Positions 9,118-21,183 of a stretch of 64,000 nt of DNA are shown one piece after another. Made by a program: the position numbers and the translations under genes. Location of the stretch: the NCBI GenBank assembly GCA_964291265.2, contig OZ219747.1, positions 160,001 through 224,000 on the forward strand, given 5' to 3'. Source of the stretch: Alphaproteobacteria bacterium. GTDB taxonomy: Bacteria > Pseudomonadota > Alphaproteobacteria > SP197. Positions within the stretch are counted from its first letter, which is position 1. Each line of letters begins with the position of its first letter. The notes under the pieces are model-generated. The model saw only the letters and a program-made list of their open reading frames with translations, was not told where the DNA came from and searched no databases.

Positions 9118-10702
9118 GAACGTGTTCCTGAACATCCCGGAAGGCAAGATCCGGAGCATCGCTGATGGCCCTGTCGAGATGCCAGGCACTGCGCGCCAGA
9201 AACACCGGCCGGCCGACATGGTCGGTGGCGATCGCTCCGCGGTTGCGGTCGGCAAACGTGCGAACCACCCGCTCCGAGGGTCCGTCGAGCCAGCGTGCCG
9301 CATGAATGCCCGAGGGCTCGAATCGCACCGGGACCTCGTATTCGCTGCGAATCCTGTCGGCGAGGACATCGAACTGCAGGGGGCCCATGACACCCACCAC
9401 CCAGTCGGAGTCCATCACCGGACGGAAGACGTGGGCGGCGCCCTCCTGGGCCAGTTGCTGAAGGGCGCGACCGAGGTGCTTGGACTTGAGGGGATCGGCG
9501 GCGCGCACGTTCCGCAGCTGCTCGGGCGCGAAACTCGGAACGCCGGTGAACGTGAGGTCTCCCTCCTCGGACAGCGTGTCGCCGATATGGAGGTTGCCGT
9601 GGTTGGGGACACCGACGATGTCGCCGGCAAAGGCCTCTTCGGCCAGTTCACGATCCTGCGCCATGAAGACCTGCGGGTTGTGCATGACGATGTGTTTTCC
9701 GGTCCGCGAGTGCTTCAGTTTCATGCCGCGCCGGAAATGCCCCGACACCAGGCGAACGAAGGCAATCCTGTCACGATGGCGCGGGTCGGTGTTGGCCTGG
9801 ATCTTGAAGACAAAGCCGGTGACCCCGTCATTGGTCGGTTCGACCATGCGCTCACGTGCCGGCCGCGGACCGGGCGGCGGAGCGTTCTCCGCCAGGCCGC
9901 CGATCAGCTCTCGCACGCCGAAGTTGTTGAGGGCGCTGCCGAAATAGAGAGGCGAGAGATTGCCCGCGAGGTAGTCCTGCCGATTGAACGGAACCATCAG
10001 TTCCCGGCTCATCTCGACCTCGTCACGCAGCCGGGCGACGGCGTGATCGGGAAGCAGAGCGTCGAGTTCGGGCGAATCGATGCCTTCGCAGGCCATGCCG
10101 TCTGCGATCGTCTCTCCCTTGCCGCGCTTCATGAGGACGAGCCGGTCGTGCACCAGATCCCAGCATCCCCGGAAATCGCGTCCCATGCCGATGGGCCAGC
10201 TTGCCGGCGCCATCTCGATCTGCAGTGTCTGCTCGACCTCGTCGATCAGATCGAAGGGATCACGCCCGTCGCGGTCCATCTTGTTGATGAAGGTCGTCAC
10301 AGGCATGTCCCTGAGGCGGCACACTTCGAACAGCTTGCGCGTCTGAGCCTCGATGCCACGGGCGGCGTCGATCACCATGACCGCACTGTCGACGGCGGTC
10401 AGCACCCTGTAGGTGTCCTCGCTGAAATCCTCGTGACCGGGGGTGTCGAGCAGATTGAAGGCACGCCCCTGACAGGTGAAGCTCATCACCGATGCGGTCA
10501 CCGAGATGCCGCGCTCCTGCTCCACCTTCATCCAGTCGGAACGCGCCCGGCGGCGTTCACCGCGCGCCTTGACCGCCCCGGCAAGCTGAATGGCGCCGCC
10601 GAACAGAAGCAGCTTTTCCGTGAGCGTGGTCTTGCCGGCGTCGGGATGGGAGATGATGGCAAACGTGCGTCGCCTGGCGACCTCGTGGTCGAAGGACATC
10701 AT
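9107..10702 (-). CDS. prfC: Peptide chain release factor 3
   Basis: RRRTFAIISHPDAGKTTLTEKLLLFGGAI, DTPGHEDFSEDTYR, NKMDR, HRDRIAF. Confidence 0.97.
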   Translation of the reverse strand: MMSFDHEVARRRTFAIISHPDAGKTTLTEKLLLFGGAIQLAGAVKARGERRRARSDWMKVEQERGISVTASVMSFTCQGRAFNLLDTPGHEDFSEDTYRVLTAVDSAVMVIDAARGIEAQTRKLFEVCRLRDMPVTTFINKMDRDGRDPFDLIDEVEQTLQIEMAPASWPIGMGRDFRGCWDLVHDRLVLMKRGKGETIADGMACEGIDSPELDALLPDHAVARLRDEVEMSRELMVPFNRQDYLAGNLSPLYFGSALNNFGVRELIGGLAENAPPPGPRPARERMVEPTNDGVTGFVFKIQANTDPRHRDRIAFVRLVSGHFRRGMKLKHSRTGKHIVMHNPQVFMAQDRELAEEAFAGDIVGVPNHGNLHIGDTLSEEGDLTFTGVPSFAPEQLRNVRAADPLKSKHLGRALQQLAQEGAAHVFRPVMDSDWVVGVMGPLQFDVLADRIRSEYEVPVRFEPSGIHAARWLDGPSERVVRTFADRNRGAIATDHVGRPVFLARSAWHLDRAISDAPDLAFRDVQEHVHGV

Positions 10703-10794
10703 GATGATCCGGTGTGTGCCGCCATCACGGTCATTTGTCCAGTGGCGGGAAATGGCCTGTTTGATGCTTCCGGGCGATGCCCTATCCTCGACTC

Positions 10795-11238
10795 ATGAAA
10801 CGTGTCGTCCCGTTCCTTGTCACTCTCCTGGCCATGCTGCCGGTGGCCGGCAGCGTGACCGGCATCCTTTCCGCCACGTCGGTGCGGATCGAGGCCTACG
10901 TGAACCAGGGGGGGACTCTCGCCATCGCGCTGCTTCCGCCTCCCGAGGTGACGCTTTCCGGTACGCTCGGAGTCGCCTTCGCCACGCCGGATGACAATCT
11001 GCCGTGGACGGGTGACCTGCCGCGGGTGGTGACGGTAGACGCCGACTACTTCGATGGTCCGGTTCTGGAGACGTTTCCCTTCGACCGCAGCCGCCTTAAC
11101 CGGCCCTCTGCCATGGCCGTCACCTTCGGCGCCTGCATCGGTGACGCGCGGATCTGCGTCCTCGAGGAAGCCCTGATCACGATCAGCCCGACCACGAACG
11201 GGGATGTGGACGTCGCCATCGTCCTGATCGGATCGTAG
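10795..11238 (+). CDS. Hypothetical exported protein
   Basis: Signal-peptide-like MKRVVPFLVTLLAML; C-terminal Cys pair (GACIGDARIC). Confidence 0.6.
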   Translation: MKRVVPFLVTLLAMLPVAGSVTGILSATSVRIEAYVNQGGTLAIALLPPPEVTLSGTLGVAFATPDDNLPWTGDLPRVVTVDADYFDGPVLETFPFDRSRLNRPSAMAVTFGACIGDARICVLEEALITISPTTNGDVDVAIVLIGS

Positions 11239-11284
11239 GGTGCGGTCCATCCCGGCACGGATCCGGACGCCGTTGATGCACCCC

Positions 11285-12592
11285 CTAGTCAACGGGATCG
11301 TGCCAACGACCGTCCAGACCAAGGAAACGGCCGCCCTCGTGGAAGGCTGATGCCCCGGCCTCCCCTGCAACGCGAAGCATGACCGGCAACGGCTCTCCCG
11401 ACGTTTCGAGGATGGTGGAGAGGGTGTCGTGTCCGATGTCGTCGATGAGCTCGAAGGGCCCTCTCTTCCAGGCGAACCCCCAACGCATCGCGCGATCGAT
11501 GTTGACGATGTCATCGGAGATCTCGCCCACCAGACCGGCAGCGTAGGCGAGAACACCACCCATGAGATCCCGGGCGAAGTCTCCCTCAGCCCCTGATGCG
11601 GTCATGAGTTCCCGTGGAGTCGCCGCGATCCCGGCAATATCCGGCGCCGTCGACGGACGCCAGCGGGCGCCGTCGAGGTCAAAGGTCTCGCGCAGCCTGC
11701 CACCGTCTTGCGTCCTGGCAACCCGGTAGAAGCCGCCCCGCGTCTTGCGTCCGAACTGGCCCCTCGCAAGCATCGCCTGCTCTTCATCCGGGAATGTCGT
11801 GTAGAGGTGGCCCGCATCTCCTTCGGGAAGATTCACCGCCAGATTCCTGGCGACAAGGTCCATCACGTCCAGGCCGATGAGGTCGATCAGTCCGTAGAGT
11901 CCCGTCGGCGGCAGACCCACCGGAGTCGACATGAGGACATCGATCTCCTCCATCTGCAAACCACCTTCGCGACGCGCCTTCCTGGCCTTGTGGAGGCCCG
12001 ACAGCATCCAGTAGCAGCCGATGCGGTTGCCGATGAAGTTCACGGTGTCCTTGGCATGAACGACACCCTTGTCGAGTCTGGTCGAACCGAACGCCGCCAT
12101 CGCATCGACCACCTCCGGCTCGGTCTCTTCACCGGGAACGATCTCCAGCAGCTTCATCACCTTCACGGGATTGAAGAAGTGGGTGACCACGACGTCCCGG
12201 CGCAGCCTTTCGGGCATGTCTTCAGTGATCGACCGCAGCGGGATGCCCGAGGTGTTGGTGGAGATCACCGAACCGTCGCTGCGCCAGCGCTCGAGCTTCG
12301 TGAACATGTCGCGCTTGGTCGCGAGGTCCTCGATGACAGCCTCGCAGATCCAGTCGTAACCCGAGATCTTCGCCAGATCATCGAAGGTACCGGTCTCGAT
12401 CAGCCTGGCGCTGTCGGGATTGTCGATGGCCGGAGGACGTCCGTCGGTGATACGGTCCATCGCCGCATCTACGGTGTCGCGATCCACGTCAAGAAGCAGG
12501 ACCCTGCATCCCGCGTCGGCGCACTTGCCGGCGATACCGGTCCCCATGGTTCCAGCGCCGATCACGGCCACCGAGTTGATCGTGCGTGTCAT
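11285..12592 (-). CDS. 3-hydroxyacyl-CoA dehydrogenase
   Basis: VIGAGTMGTG, EAVIEDL, STNTSG, HFFNP, FIGNR, GPFE. Confidence 0.92.
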   Translation of the reverse strand: MTRTINSVAVIGAGTMGTGIAGKCADAGCRVLLLDVDRDTVDAAMDRITDGRPPAIDNPDSARLIETGTFDDLAKISGYDWICEAVIEDLATKRDMFTKLERWRSDGSVISTNTSGIPLRSITEDMPERLRRDVVVTHFFNPVKVMKLLEIVPGEETEPEVVDAMAAFGSTRLDKGVVHAKDTVNFIGNRIGCYWMLSGLHKARKARREGGLQMEEIDVLMSTPVGLPPTGLYGLIDLIGLDVMDLVARNLAVNLPEGDAGHLYTTFPDEEQAMLARGQFGRKTRGGFYRVARTQDGGRLRETFDLDGARWRPSTAPDIAGIAATPRELMTASGAEGDFARDLMGGVLAYAAGLVGEISDDIVNIDRAMRWGFAWKRGPFELIDDIGHDTLSTILETSGEPLPVMLRVAGEAGASAFHEGGRFLGLDGRWHDPVD

Positions 12593-12626
12593 GCTTCCTG
12601 CCCCCCGAGTCTCCAAGCGTGCTTTC

Positions 12627-13421
12627 CTATAGCACCTGGAGGGGATGCTGCGCGACCGCAGTCACGACATCCTCCACCGTGCGCGCCAGCATGGCGCCAT
12701 CGTCCGCCAGAACACGCACGATGAGACCACATTCCCCCGGGAGCGACGACACGCCGGCATAGGCATCCGATTGCGCCAACGCATCGTGGAGGGCGTCCCC
12801 GATCCCGGGCACCGCAGCTCTGTCTCCAACCAGGCCGATCGTTCCGTGCGCTGCCACACCCGCACACGCGAGGTCCTTCCCGGATGTCCGCAGGCGGTCG
12901 AGCACCAGGAGAGTGCCGTCATCCGACCGCACGGTGGTCTCCGATATAAGGGACGCGAAATGCCTGCCGGAAACGCCTGCATCGTGAGGCAGGAAAGCGT
13001 CACACCACATGACATCGGCGCCGTGATGAACCACCACCTCCAGCAGTGTGCGGACCCGGGCGCCGGGGAACAGCACCAGAGGACGTGGTTGCCAGGAGAG
13101 CCGGCTGCCGGGATGCGCGTTGAGACGGACATGCTGCAGAGCGTCGTCCTCCGGCATGGCATGGGCGATGGTCGCCCCCTGGGTCCGGACCGTCACCGTG
13201 GTCTCCTCGCCAGCCACAATTCCGGCCGTGAACCGATCGCCCTGGAGAAGACCGGCTCCGAGCGACTGGAGGATCACGAACAGCCCGTCACCGTCATCAA
13301 ACGGACGGGTGACGTGAAAGGGAAAGGCGACGTACTGACGTTTCAGGAAGGTCCCGCCGGAAGGCGCCCGCGCGAAATCCAGTGCCAGTTGTCTGCCATG
13401 CCCCGGCGCAAACCCGCTCAT
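12627..13421 (-). CDS. ureD: Urease accessory protein UreD
   Basis: PFHVTRPF, GLLQGD, TQGAT, P.PLVLF motifs; follows ureG. Confidence 0.85.
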   Translation of the reverse strand: MSGFAPGHGRQLALDFARAPSGGTFLKRQYVAFPFHVTRPFDDGDGLFVILQSLGAGLLQGDRFTAGIVAGEETTVTVRTQGATIAHAMPEDDALQHVRLNAHPGSRLSWQPRPLVLFPGARVRTLLEVVVHHGADVMWCDAFLPHDAGVSGRHFASLISETTVRSDDGTLLVLDRLRTSGKDLACAGVAAHGTIGLVGDRAAVPGIGDALHDALAQSDAYAGVSSLPGECGLIVRVLADDGAMLARTVEDVVTAVAQHPLQVL

Positions 13422-14041
13422 CAGCTGTCGAACAGCACGTTCCGGACAATGTGATCGACGACATCAGCGATCGCTTCGCCGGTCCGGCAGTTGGTGACGA
13501 TGACGGGCCTGTCGCGGCGTACGTCGCGGGCCTCCTTCGTCATCGCGACCAGATCGACGTCGACATGGGGCGCAAGATCCGCCTTGTTGATCACGAGGAG
13601 GTCCGCCTGGAGGACTCCCGGACCCCGCTTGCGCGGGATGTCGCCGCCGCCTGATACGTCGATGACGAAGATCCAGTAGTCGACGAGTTCGGATGAAAAG
13701 GTCGATGCGAGGTTGTCGCCTCCTGATTCGAGCAGCACGAGATCGAGGGGGTGAAAGCGCATCTCGAGACGTTCCACCGCATCGAGATTGAGTGTCGGGT
13801 CCTCGCGGATGACCGTGTGCGGACAGGCGCCCGCCTCGACGGCCACCACGCGGCGGGGTTCAATCAGACCACTGCGCTGCAGCCGTTCGGCGTCTTCCCG
13901 TGTCACAAGATCGTTGGTGATGACGGCAAGGCTGGTGCCACGGTCGGCAAAGGCGGGTATCAGGCATTCAAGCAGCGCCGTCTTTCCCGAACCCACCGGT
14001 CCGCCGATCCCGACACGTGCTGCAGAGAGCGTTTCCGTCAC
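13421..14041 (-). CDS. ureG: Urease accessory GTPase UreG
   Basis: [28 protein letters not shown]. Confidence 0.95.
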   Translation of the reverse strand: MTETLSAARVGIGGPVGSGKTALLECLIPAFADRGTSLAVITNDLVTREDAERLQRSGLIEPRRVVAVEAGACPHTVIREDPTLNLDAVERLEMRFHPLDLVLLESGGDNLASTFSSELVDYWIFVIDVSGGGDIPRKRGPGVLQADLLVINKADLAPHVDVDLVAMTKEARDVRRDRPVIVTNCRTGEAIADVVDHIVRNVLFDS

Positions 14042-14057
14042 CTTGTCGTCATCCTTG

Positions 14058-14729
14058 TCAGTTGGCGAAGAGCCGTACGTTCCCCCTCTCGTGTCGCATC
14101 ACGGCGATGTCGGCCAGAGGGGTAAAGGCATGGGGTTCGTCGGGAGGCGGGACGGCAAGGATTCCGGCAATGTCGTCCGTCACCTCATCCAGAATCGCCT
14201 GAGCCTCCAGCGGTCCCGTCAGGGAGAGCCGGACGGCAGCCTGGGCGATGCTGGACATCAGGGTCCAGGCCGAAAGGGTCTCGAGAACCTCGATCGTCAG
14301 GCCCGACCCGGCCCACACCGCGCCCTGGACAACCGGAAGATGGCCATGGGCACGGCCATCGGCGACGAGCCGTCGCCATCGCAGGGCGGCCTGGTTGCCG
14401 AGACCTGCATGGGCGCGCAACAGGGCTCGCCCCGCCTGGCACGATCCGGCACGCAGTTCACTGGCAAGGGTCATGGCGTCGAGCATCCGGTCAAGATCGC
14501 TCCATTCCTCATCGCTGCCGGTCTCGGCCGCCCGCCTCGCCATGACCCGGTCGGCGGTCGCCCAGCGGTGGCGAAGCTGGATCCTGGCGAACTCCAGAAC
14601 TCCGGCACCGTCGCTCACCTTGTCATCCTCCACCAGTGTTTCGAGACCCCACGAGAAGGCGAATCCACCCGAGGGAAAGGCGCTGTCGCCCATCCTCAGG
14701 GCGGTGAGAAGTGTGCGGATGTCAGTCAT
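14058..14729 (-). CDS. ureF: Urease accessory protein UreF
   Basis: [16 protein letters not shown]; C-terminal HE..RLFAN. Confidence 0.9.
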   Translation of the reverse strand: MTDIRTLLTALRMGDSAFPSGGFAFSWGLETLVEDDKVSDGAGVLEFARIQLRHRWATADRVMARRAAETGSDEEWSDLDRMLDAMTLASELRAGSCQAGRALLRAHAGLGNQAALRWRRLVADGRAHGHLPVVQGAVWAGSGLTIEVLETLSAWTLMSSIAQAAVRLSLTGPLEAQAILDEVTDDIAGILAVPPPDEPHAFTPLADIAVMRHERGNVRLFAN

Positions 14730-15168
14730 CTGCCAGGGAGATCCGGCCATCGGCAAGAAAGACATCGAGGCGAGCCAGATAGTCCTTCCGGGGGCCCTCC
14801 AGGGCAACGGCAAGGAGAGCGCCACGGAAAGCGACGCGCCAGTGAAGGTTGCCTGCATGGTAGCCCAGTTCGAGAGCAGCCGGCGTATCCGCAGGCTTCA
14901 GGTGCAGCCATGTCTCGACACGGGCCCTGACGACAATCGCGCGATCGCTTTCGAGCAACAGCACGGCGCCATCGTCGAGAGCGATGGTGCGCGGCAGCGC
15001 AATGGCGCAGTCGGTGCCCTTGTCGGTCACGGTGCGCAGCCTCTTGCGCAGCATGTCACGGCGATCAAGGGCGATGGTCTCGACCCGGTCTTCATGGGCA
15101 AGGTCGTGCAGTGCCTCGCCGAGACCGGAATCGGACGCCATACCCACGATTCCCGTCAGTTTCAGCAT
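14722..15168 (-). CDS. ureE: Urease accessory protein UreE, without a His-rich tail
   Basis: RKRLRTVTDKG, LDDGAVL, LGYHAGNLHW. Confidence 0.88.
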   Translation of the reverse strand: MLKLTGIVGMASDSGLGEALHDLAHEDRVETIALDRRDMLRKRLRTVTDKGTDCAIALPRTIALDDGAVLLLESDRAIVVRARVETWLHLKPADTPAALELGYHAGNLHWRVAFRGALLAVALEGPRKDYLARLDVFLADGRISLADD

Positions 15169-15268
15169 GCCCGGCCCCTCCGGTGCCTGTCCAATCATGC
15201 TCACCATAGCTTGCATCGGGATCGAAGACCGGCGACGAATATCCTGTCAACCCGGCACCCTTCCACTG

Positions 15269-16153
15269 ATGAAACCTGTTGATCTCCTCATCGCGGTCAC
15301 CGTGCCGGTCCTGTGGGGCGCAGGATTCGCCGTGGCCAAGGGATCGCTCGACGAATTCCCGCCGGTCTTTCTCATGGGCATGCGATTCACCCTCGCGGCC
15401 CTGATTCTCGTGTGGTTCGTCAGGCCGCTGTGGAACATGGCCGGACGCCTCGTCCTGGTCACCTTCTTCGGCGGCACCCTCGCTTATGGTCTGCAGTTCA
15501 CGGGACTCCTCGAACTCGATGCCTCCACCGCCGTCCTCGTGGTGCAGACCGAGGCCGTCTTCGCCGCCATCATGGCGAGCGTCTTCCTTCATGATCACCT
15601 GTCGCGCCGGCAGTGGTGCGCCATGGTGCTGGCCCTTGCCGGCGTGGCGCTGATCGCCGGCGAACCCCGGGTGCACACGGCGCCGCTGGCCTTCCTCATG
15701 GTGGTGGCCGGGGGCGTGGCCTGGGCCGCCGGCCAGACCATGGTTAAGACCCTGGGGCCGGTCGGGGGACTGCGGCTGGTCGCCTGGTTTGCGGCCTTCG
15801 CCGGTCCGCAGATGCTGGTGGCATCCCTTGTCGTGGAAAACGGCCAGTGGCAGGCCGTGCGCGAGGCATCGTGGTCCGGCTGGCTGGCAGTCGCCTATCT
15901 TGCTCTCTTCATGACAGTGTCGGGATACGCGCTGTGGTTCCGCCTGATCGGCCGCTACCGGATGAACCAGATCGTGCCGTTCCTCCTGCTTGTCCCGGTG
16001 ACGAGCATTGTCGGCGGTGTGTGCTTTCTCGGCGAAACCCTCACACCCTGGATCATTGGCGGTGGACTGCTTGTCACGGCCTCGGTGACCTTCATTCACC
16101 TGCAACAGCCCCGCCAACCAGCTGCCGCCGGCAATTCGACCCTTGAAGGATAA
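15269..16153 (+). CDS. EamA/DMT family transporter
   Basis: About 10 hydrophobic helices; LWGAGF..K, PP..L...RF. Confidence 0.88.
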   Translation: MKPVDLLIAVTVPVLWGAGFAVAKGSLDEFPPVFLMGMRFTLAALILVWFVRPLWNMAGRLVLVTFFGGTLAYGLQFTGLLELDASTAVLVVQTEAVFAAIMASVFLHDHLSRRQWCAMVLALAGVALIAGEPRVHTAPLAFLMVVAGGVAWAAGQTMVKTLGPVGGLRLVAWFAAFAGPQMLVASLVVENGQWQAVREASWSGWLAVAYLALFMTVSGYALWFRLIGRYRMNQIVPFLLLVPVTSIVGGVCFLGETLTPWIIGGGLLVTASVTFIHLQQPRQPAAAGNSTLEG

Positions 16154-16496
16154 GGCGATGGCATCCCTAACCAAACAGTCATGAACGTCGGCGTGCCTGC
16201 TCACCCCGCGCCATGAAACGTGAGCCTGTTGTGGCCGTTGGACAAGTGCGTTGATCCGGCGTATTGGTGCACGATCATGCGAGCAGGTGGAGGTGGGTGA
16301 CGAGGACGCTTGTATTTCGACGATGTCCTGACGCCTGAACGAACCAGACCCTTGATGGCCATAGACGCGGGGTAGCCGGAAAGGTCCAAGGTTCGTCAAC
16401 AGGCGTCAGCCAGAACCACCACACGGCGGTCAGGCATGCGCCTGACCGACAGGTTGCTCGCGCCCTGTTCAACAAAAGGCGTCGCAGGGATCAGAA

Positions 16497-16813
16497 ATGT
16501 TTCACAGCAAACGGCGATGGTGCGCGACTGATGCGCGTGTAGCAGGGGTCGCGTTGTCCGCTCCTCTGGATGCCAGAGCAACACCCAAAAACGACCGCAG
16601 ACCGCAATCTTCAGCACATCTTCAGCACACCCATTTCGCGACCGGGCCATTTGACCGGACCACGTTGGTTGATGTAGCCTGTCATCTTGACGCAGGCGCT
16701 GACTTGAGTGTGTGTGCACGGAGTTTGGCGCGATTCCACTTCACGTGGCGGCGGCAGCAAACAGCAATCCGGAAGTGGTCGGGCTGTTGCTCGACTAGGG
16801 CGCAAATCTAGAG
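16497..16813 (+). pseudogene. Disrupted 5' part of the ankyrin-repeat gene
   Basis: Signal-like segment and DVACHLDAGADL, then a frameshift near 16722 and an in-frame TAG (16796-16798) inside an extra ankyrin unit. Confidence 0.65.
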
Positions 16814-17420
16814 GTGCGTGACATGGATGGCATGACATCGCTTCACAGGGCGGCAGCAAGCGGCAATCCGGAAGTGGTCAGAATGCTGCTCGACCACGGC
16901 GCGGACCTGGAAGCGCACAGCGAGCTTGGCGCGACTCCGCTGCACCTGGCGGCGGCAGCAAGCAGAAGTCCGGAAGTGGTCGGGCTGTTGCTCGACCGGG
17001 GCGCGGACCTGGAAGCCCGCGACGAGGGTAACGCGACTCCGCTTCACGTGGCGGCGGTAGCAAGCAGCAACCCGGAAGTGGTCAGGGTGTTGCTCGACCG
17101 GGGCGCGGGCCTGGAAGCCCGCGACGAGCATGGCGCGACTCCGCTGCACCTAGCGGCGGCAACAAGCGACCATCCGGAAGTGGTCGGGCTGTTGCTCGAC
17201 CGGGGCGCGGACCTGGAAGCCCGCGACGGGCATGACCTGACCCCGCTTCACAGGGCGGCGGCAACAAGCGACCATCCGGAAGTGGTCGGGCTGTTGCTCG
17301 ACCGGGGCGCGGACCTGGAAGCGCGCAGCAAGCGTGGCGCGACTCCGCTTCACGTGGCGGCGGCAATGAGCAGCAATCCGGAAATGGTCGGGCTGTTGCT
17401 CGACCGGGGGGCAAGTCACA
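16727..17420. repeat. About 7 tandem ankyrin-coding repeats with a 102-bp period
   Basis: CCGGAA(G/A)TGGTC recurs at 16769, 16868, 16970, 17072, 17174, 17276 and 17378. Confidence 0.9.
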
Positions 17421-17527
17421 AGGCTCGGACCTTGGATGGCTGGACTCCGTGGAACATGATTGAAGAGAATGACGCATTGAAGGGAAGCCAACCCTACCGG
17501 CGTTTGAAGAACCTGCGCCACGACTGA
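16814..17527 (+). CDS. Ankyrin repeat protein (remaining intact frame)
   Basis: Repeated TPLHxAAA.S..PEVVGLLLDRGADLEARD units. Confidence 0.9.
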   Translation: MRDMDGMTSLHRAAASGNPEVVRMLLDHGADLEAHSELGATPLHLAAAASRSPEVVGLLLDRGADLEARDEGNATPLHVAAVASSNPEVVRVLLDRGAGLEARDEHGATPLHLAAATSDHPEVVGLLLDRGADLEARDGHDLTPLHRAAATSDHPEVVGLLLDRGADLEARSKRGATPLHVAAAMSSNPEMVGLLLDRGASHKARTLDGWTPWNMIEENDALKGSQPYRRLKNLRHD

Positions 17528-17844
17528 TACCGCCGGCTGGGATATGGACTTGTTTGGGAGCAACGGATTGGAAGAAGCGGTCCGGGATTCCCCCATTGCC
17601 GATTTCCTTGCCCTGCGATAGAGGCAATATGAAGCTCTTGGTCCCGGCGGCATGAGCGGGCTGCCTTCTGTCGGTCATGCTCACATGACCGGTGAACGCG
17701 ATCTCTTTGCCGCCGCCCGGCATCTCCGGCATTCCAGGTTGACCCTGCCCTGCTTGCGGAGATCCTGGAACCGCTTGTTGGAAGGCGTCGACCTCCTGGC
17801 GCAGGAACGTGCCGGCGACGCTCGCCATCACGACACCTCCATGA

Positions 17845-18056
17845 GCCATGACCACCGCCAGCACGGCGAGCCGCTCGCCTTCGGGCATCGCAGGGGTGCG
17901 CCGCGCGCAGCTCTCTGCGAGGCGCTTGGTGTGCCAGTGCGGCCGGCCCGGTGCGACGTTGAACCACGGCTTCAGAGGTGACGAAGCAGGTCTGGTTGTT
18001 GACCTCGACCGAGCGCTGAGCCGGCGCGGGATAGCTGGAGATCATCACCTGGCAGA
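17845..18056 (-). pseudogene. Decayed C-terminal fragment of a methyltransferase homologous to 1879-2547
   Basis: CQVMISSYP vs CQVMVSGHP, WFN, and MPEGERLAVLAVVMA vs MPPGERLAVLAAIMA; deletions and frameshifts. Confidence 0.75.
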
Positions 18057-18275
18057 CAGCCGCCTCGCCTCCGTCACAGACGATGCTCACGTGCGTGACC
18101 TCATGGCCATGCGGACATGAACGCGGCCCGCAACGTCAGGCGTCCGGGACTCATGGCGCAGCTGCACGGGGAGGGAGCGTTGCCGTCAGGCACTTCGATG
18201 AGCCGCGAGCAGGGTCGAAGGTTGGCGGCGTGAGCCATTCAAACTACGATGCAAGTCTCAGGGGCGCCAGGAATC

Positions 18276-19043
18276 ATGAACCAGGACATTGTGACGGCGA
18301 CGGCCGACGGCATCCTGCAAATCCGCCTCAACCGGCCGCAGAAGAAGAACGCCCTGACCCGCGAGATGTACGGGACCATCGAGGCGGCATTCAACCGCGC
18401 CAATGACGATCGCAGGATCAAGGTGATCTGGATCACCGGGAGTGGTGATTCCTTCTCGAGCGGCAACGATGTCGGTTCCTTTCTCGAAGAGAGCACGAAC
18501 GACCGCCTCCCCGACGCCGATGGCTTCCTTGACGCCCTGGCCGCGCTTGAGGTGCCGCTTGTCGCTGCCGTCAACGGACTGGCAGTGGGCGTCGGCGCGA
18601 CCATGCTGCTTCATTGCGACCTCGTTCACGCCGCGGCCGGCGCCACATTCCGCTTCCCCTTTGTCGATCTCGGCGTCTTCCCGGAAGCCGCCTCCACGGT
18701 CCTTCTGCCACGCCTTGTCGGCCACCAGCGCGCCATGGAAATGATGCTTCTCGCCGATTCTTTCGATGCGTCGAAAGCCCATGCCATCGGCATGGTGAAC
18801 GATGTATTCGAGACAAGCGCTCTCGAAGACGAGAGTCTCCGCATCACCCGCCGCCTTGCCGCAAAGCCCGCCGCATCCCTGCGCCTGACCAAGGCGCGCG
18901 TGAAGGCCGGCTACGGTGATCTCGGCGCCGTCATCACCGAGGAGATCCCACTGTTTGCGCGCGCCGCCCGCTCACCGGAGGCACGCGAGGCCTTCAACGC
19001 CTTCCTCGAGAAACGCCGGCCCGATTTCTCCCGGTTCGACTGA
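18276..19043 (+). CDS. Enoyl-CoA hydratase/isomerase family protein
   Basis: LNRPQKKNAL, FSSGND, AAVNGLAVGVG, AFLEKRRPDF. Confidence 0.92.
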   Translation: MNQDIVTATADGILQIRLNRPQKKNALTREMYGTIEAAFNRANDDRRIKVIWITGSGDSFSSGNDVGSFLEESTNDRLPDADGFLDALAALEVPLVAAVNGLAVGVGATMLLHCDLVHAAAGATFRFPFVDLGVFPEAASTVLLPRLVGHQRAMEMMLLADSFDASKAHAIGMVNDVFETSALEDESLRITRRLAAKPAASLRLTKARVKAGYGDLGAVITEEIPLFARAARSPEAREAFNAFLEKRRPDFSRFD

Positions 19044-19047
19044 CGTC

Positions 19048-21183
<2,136 letters not shown>

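Noticed and set aside
16727-17420. Regular repeats as a CRISPR array
   Set aside because: The units are contiguous in-frame ankyrin codons with no unique spacers
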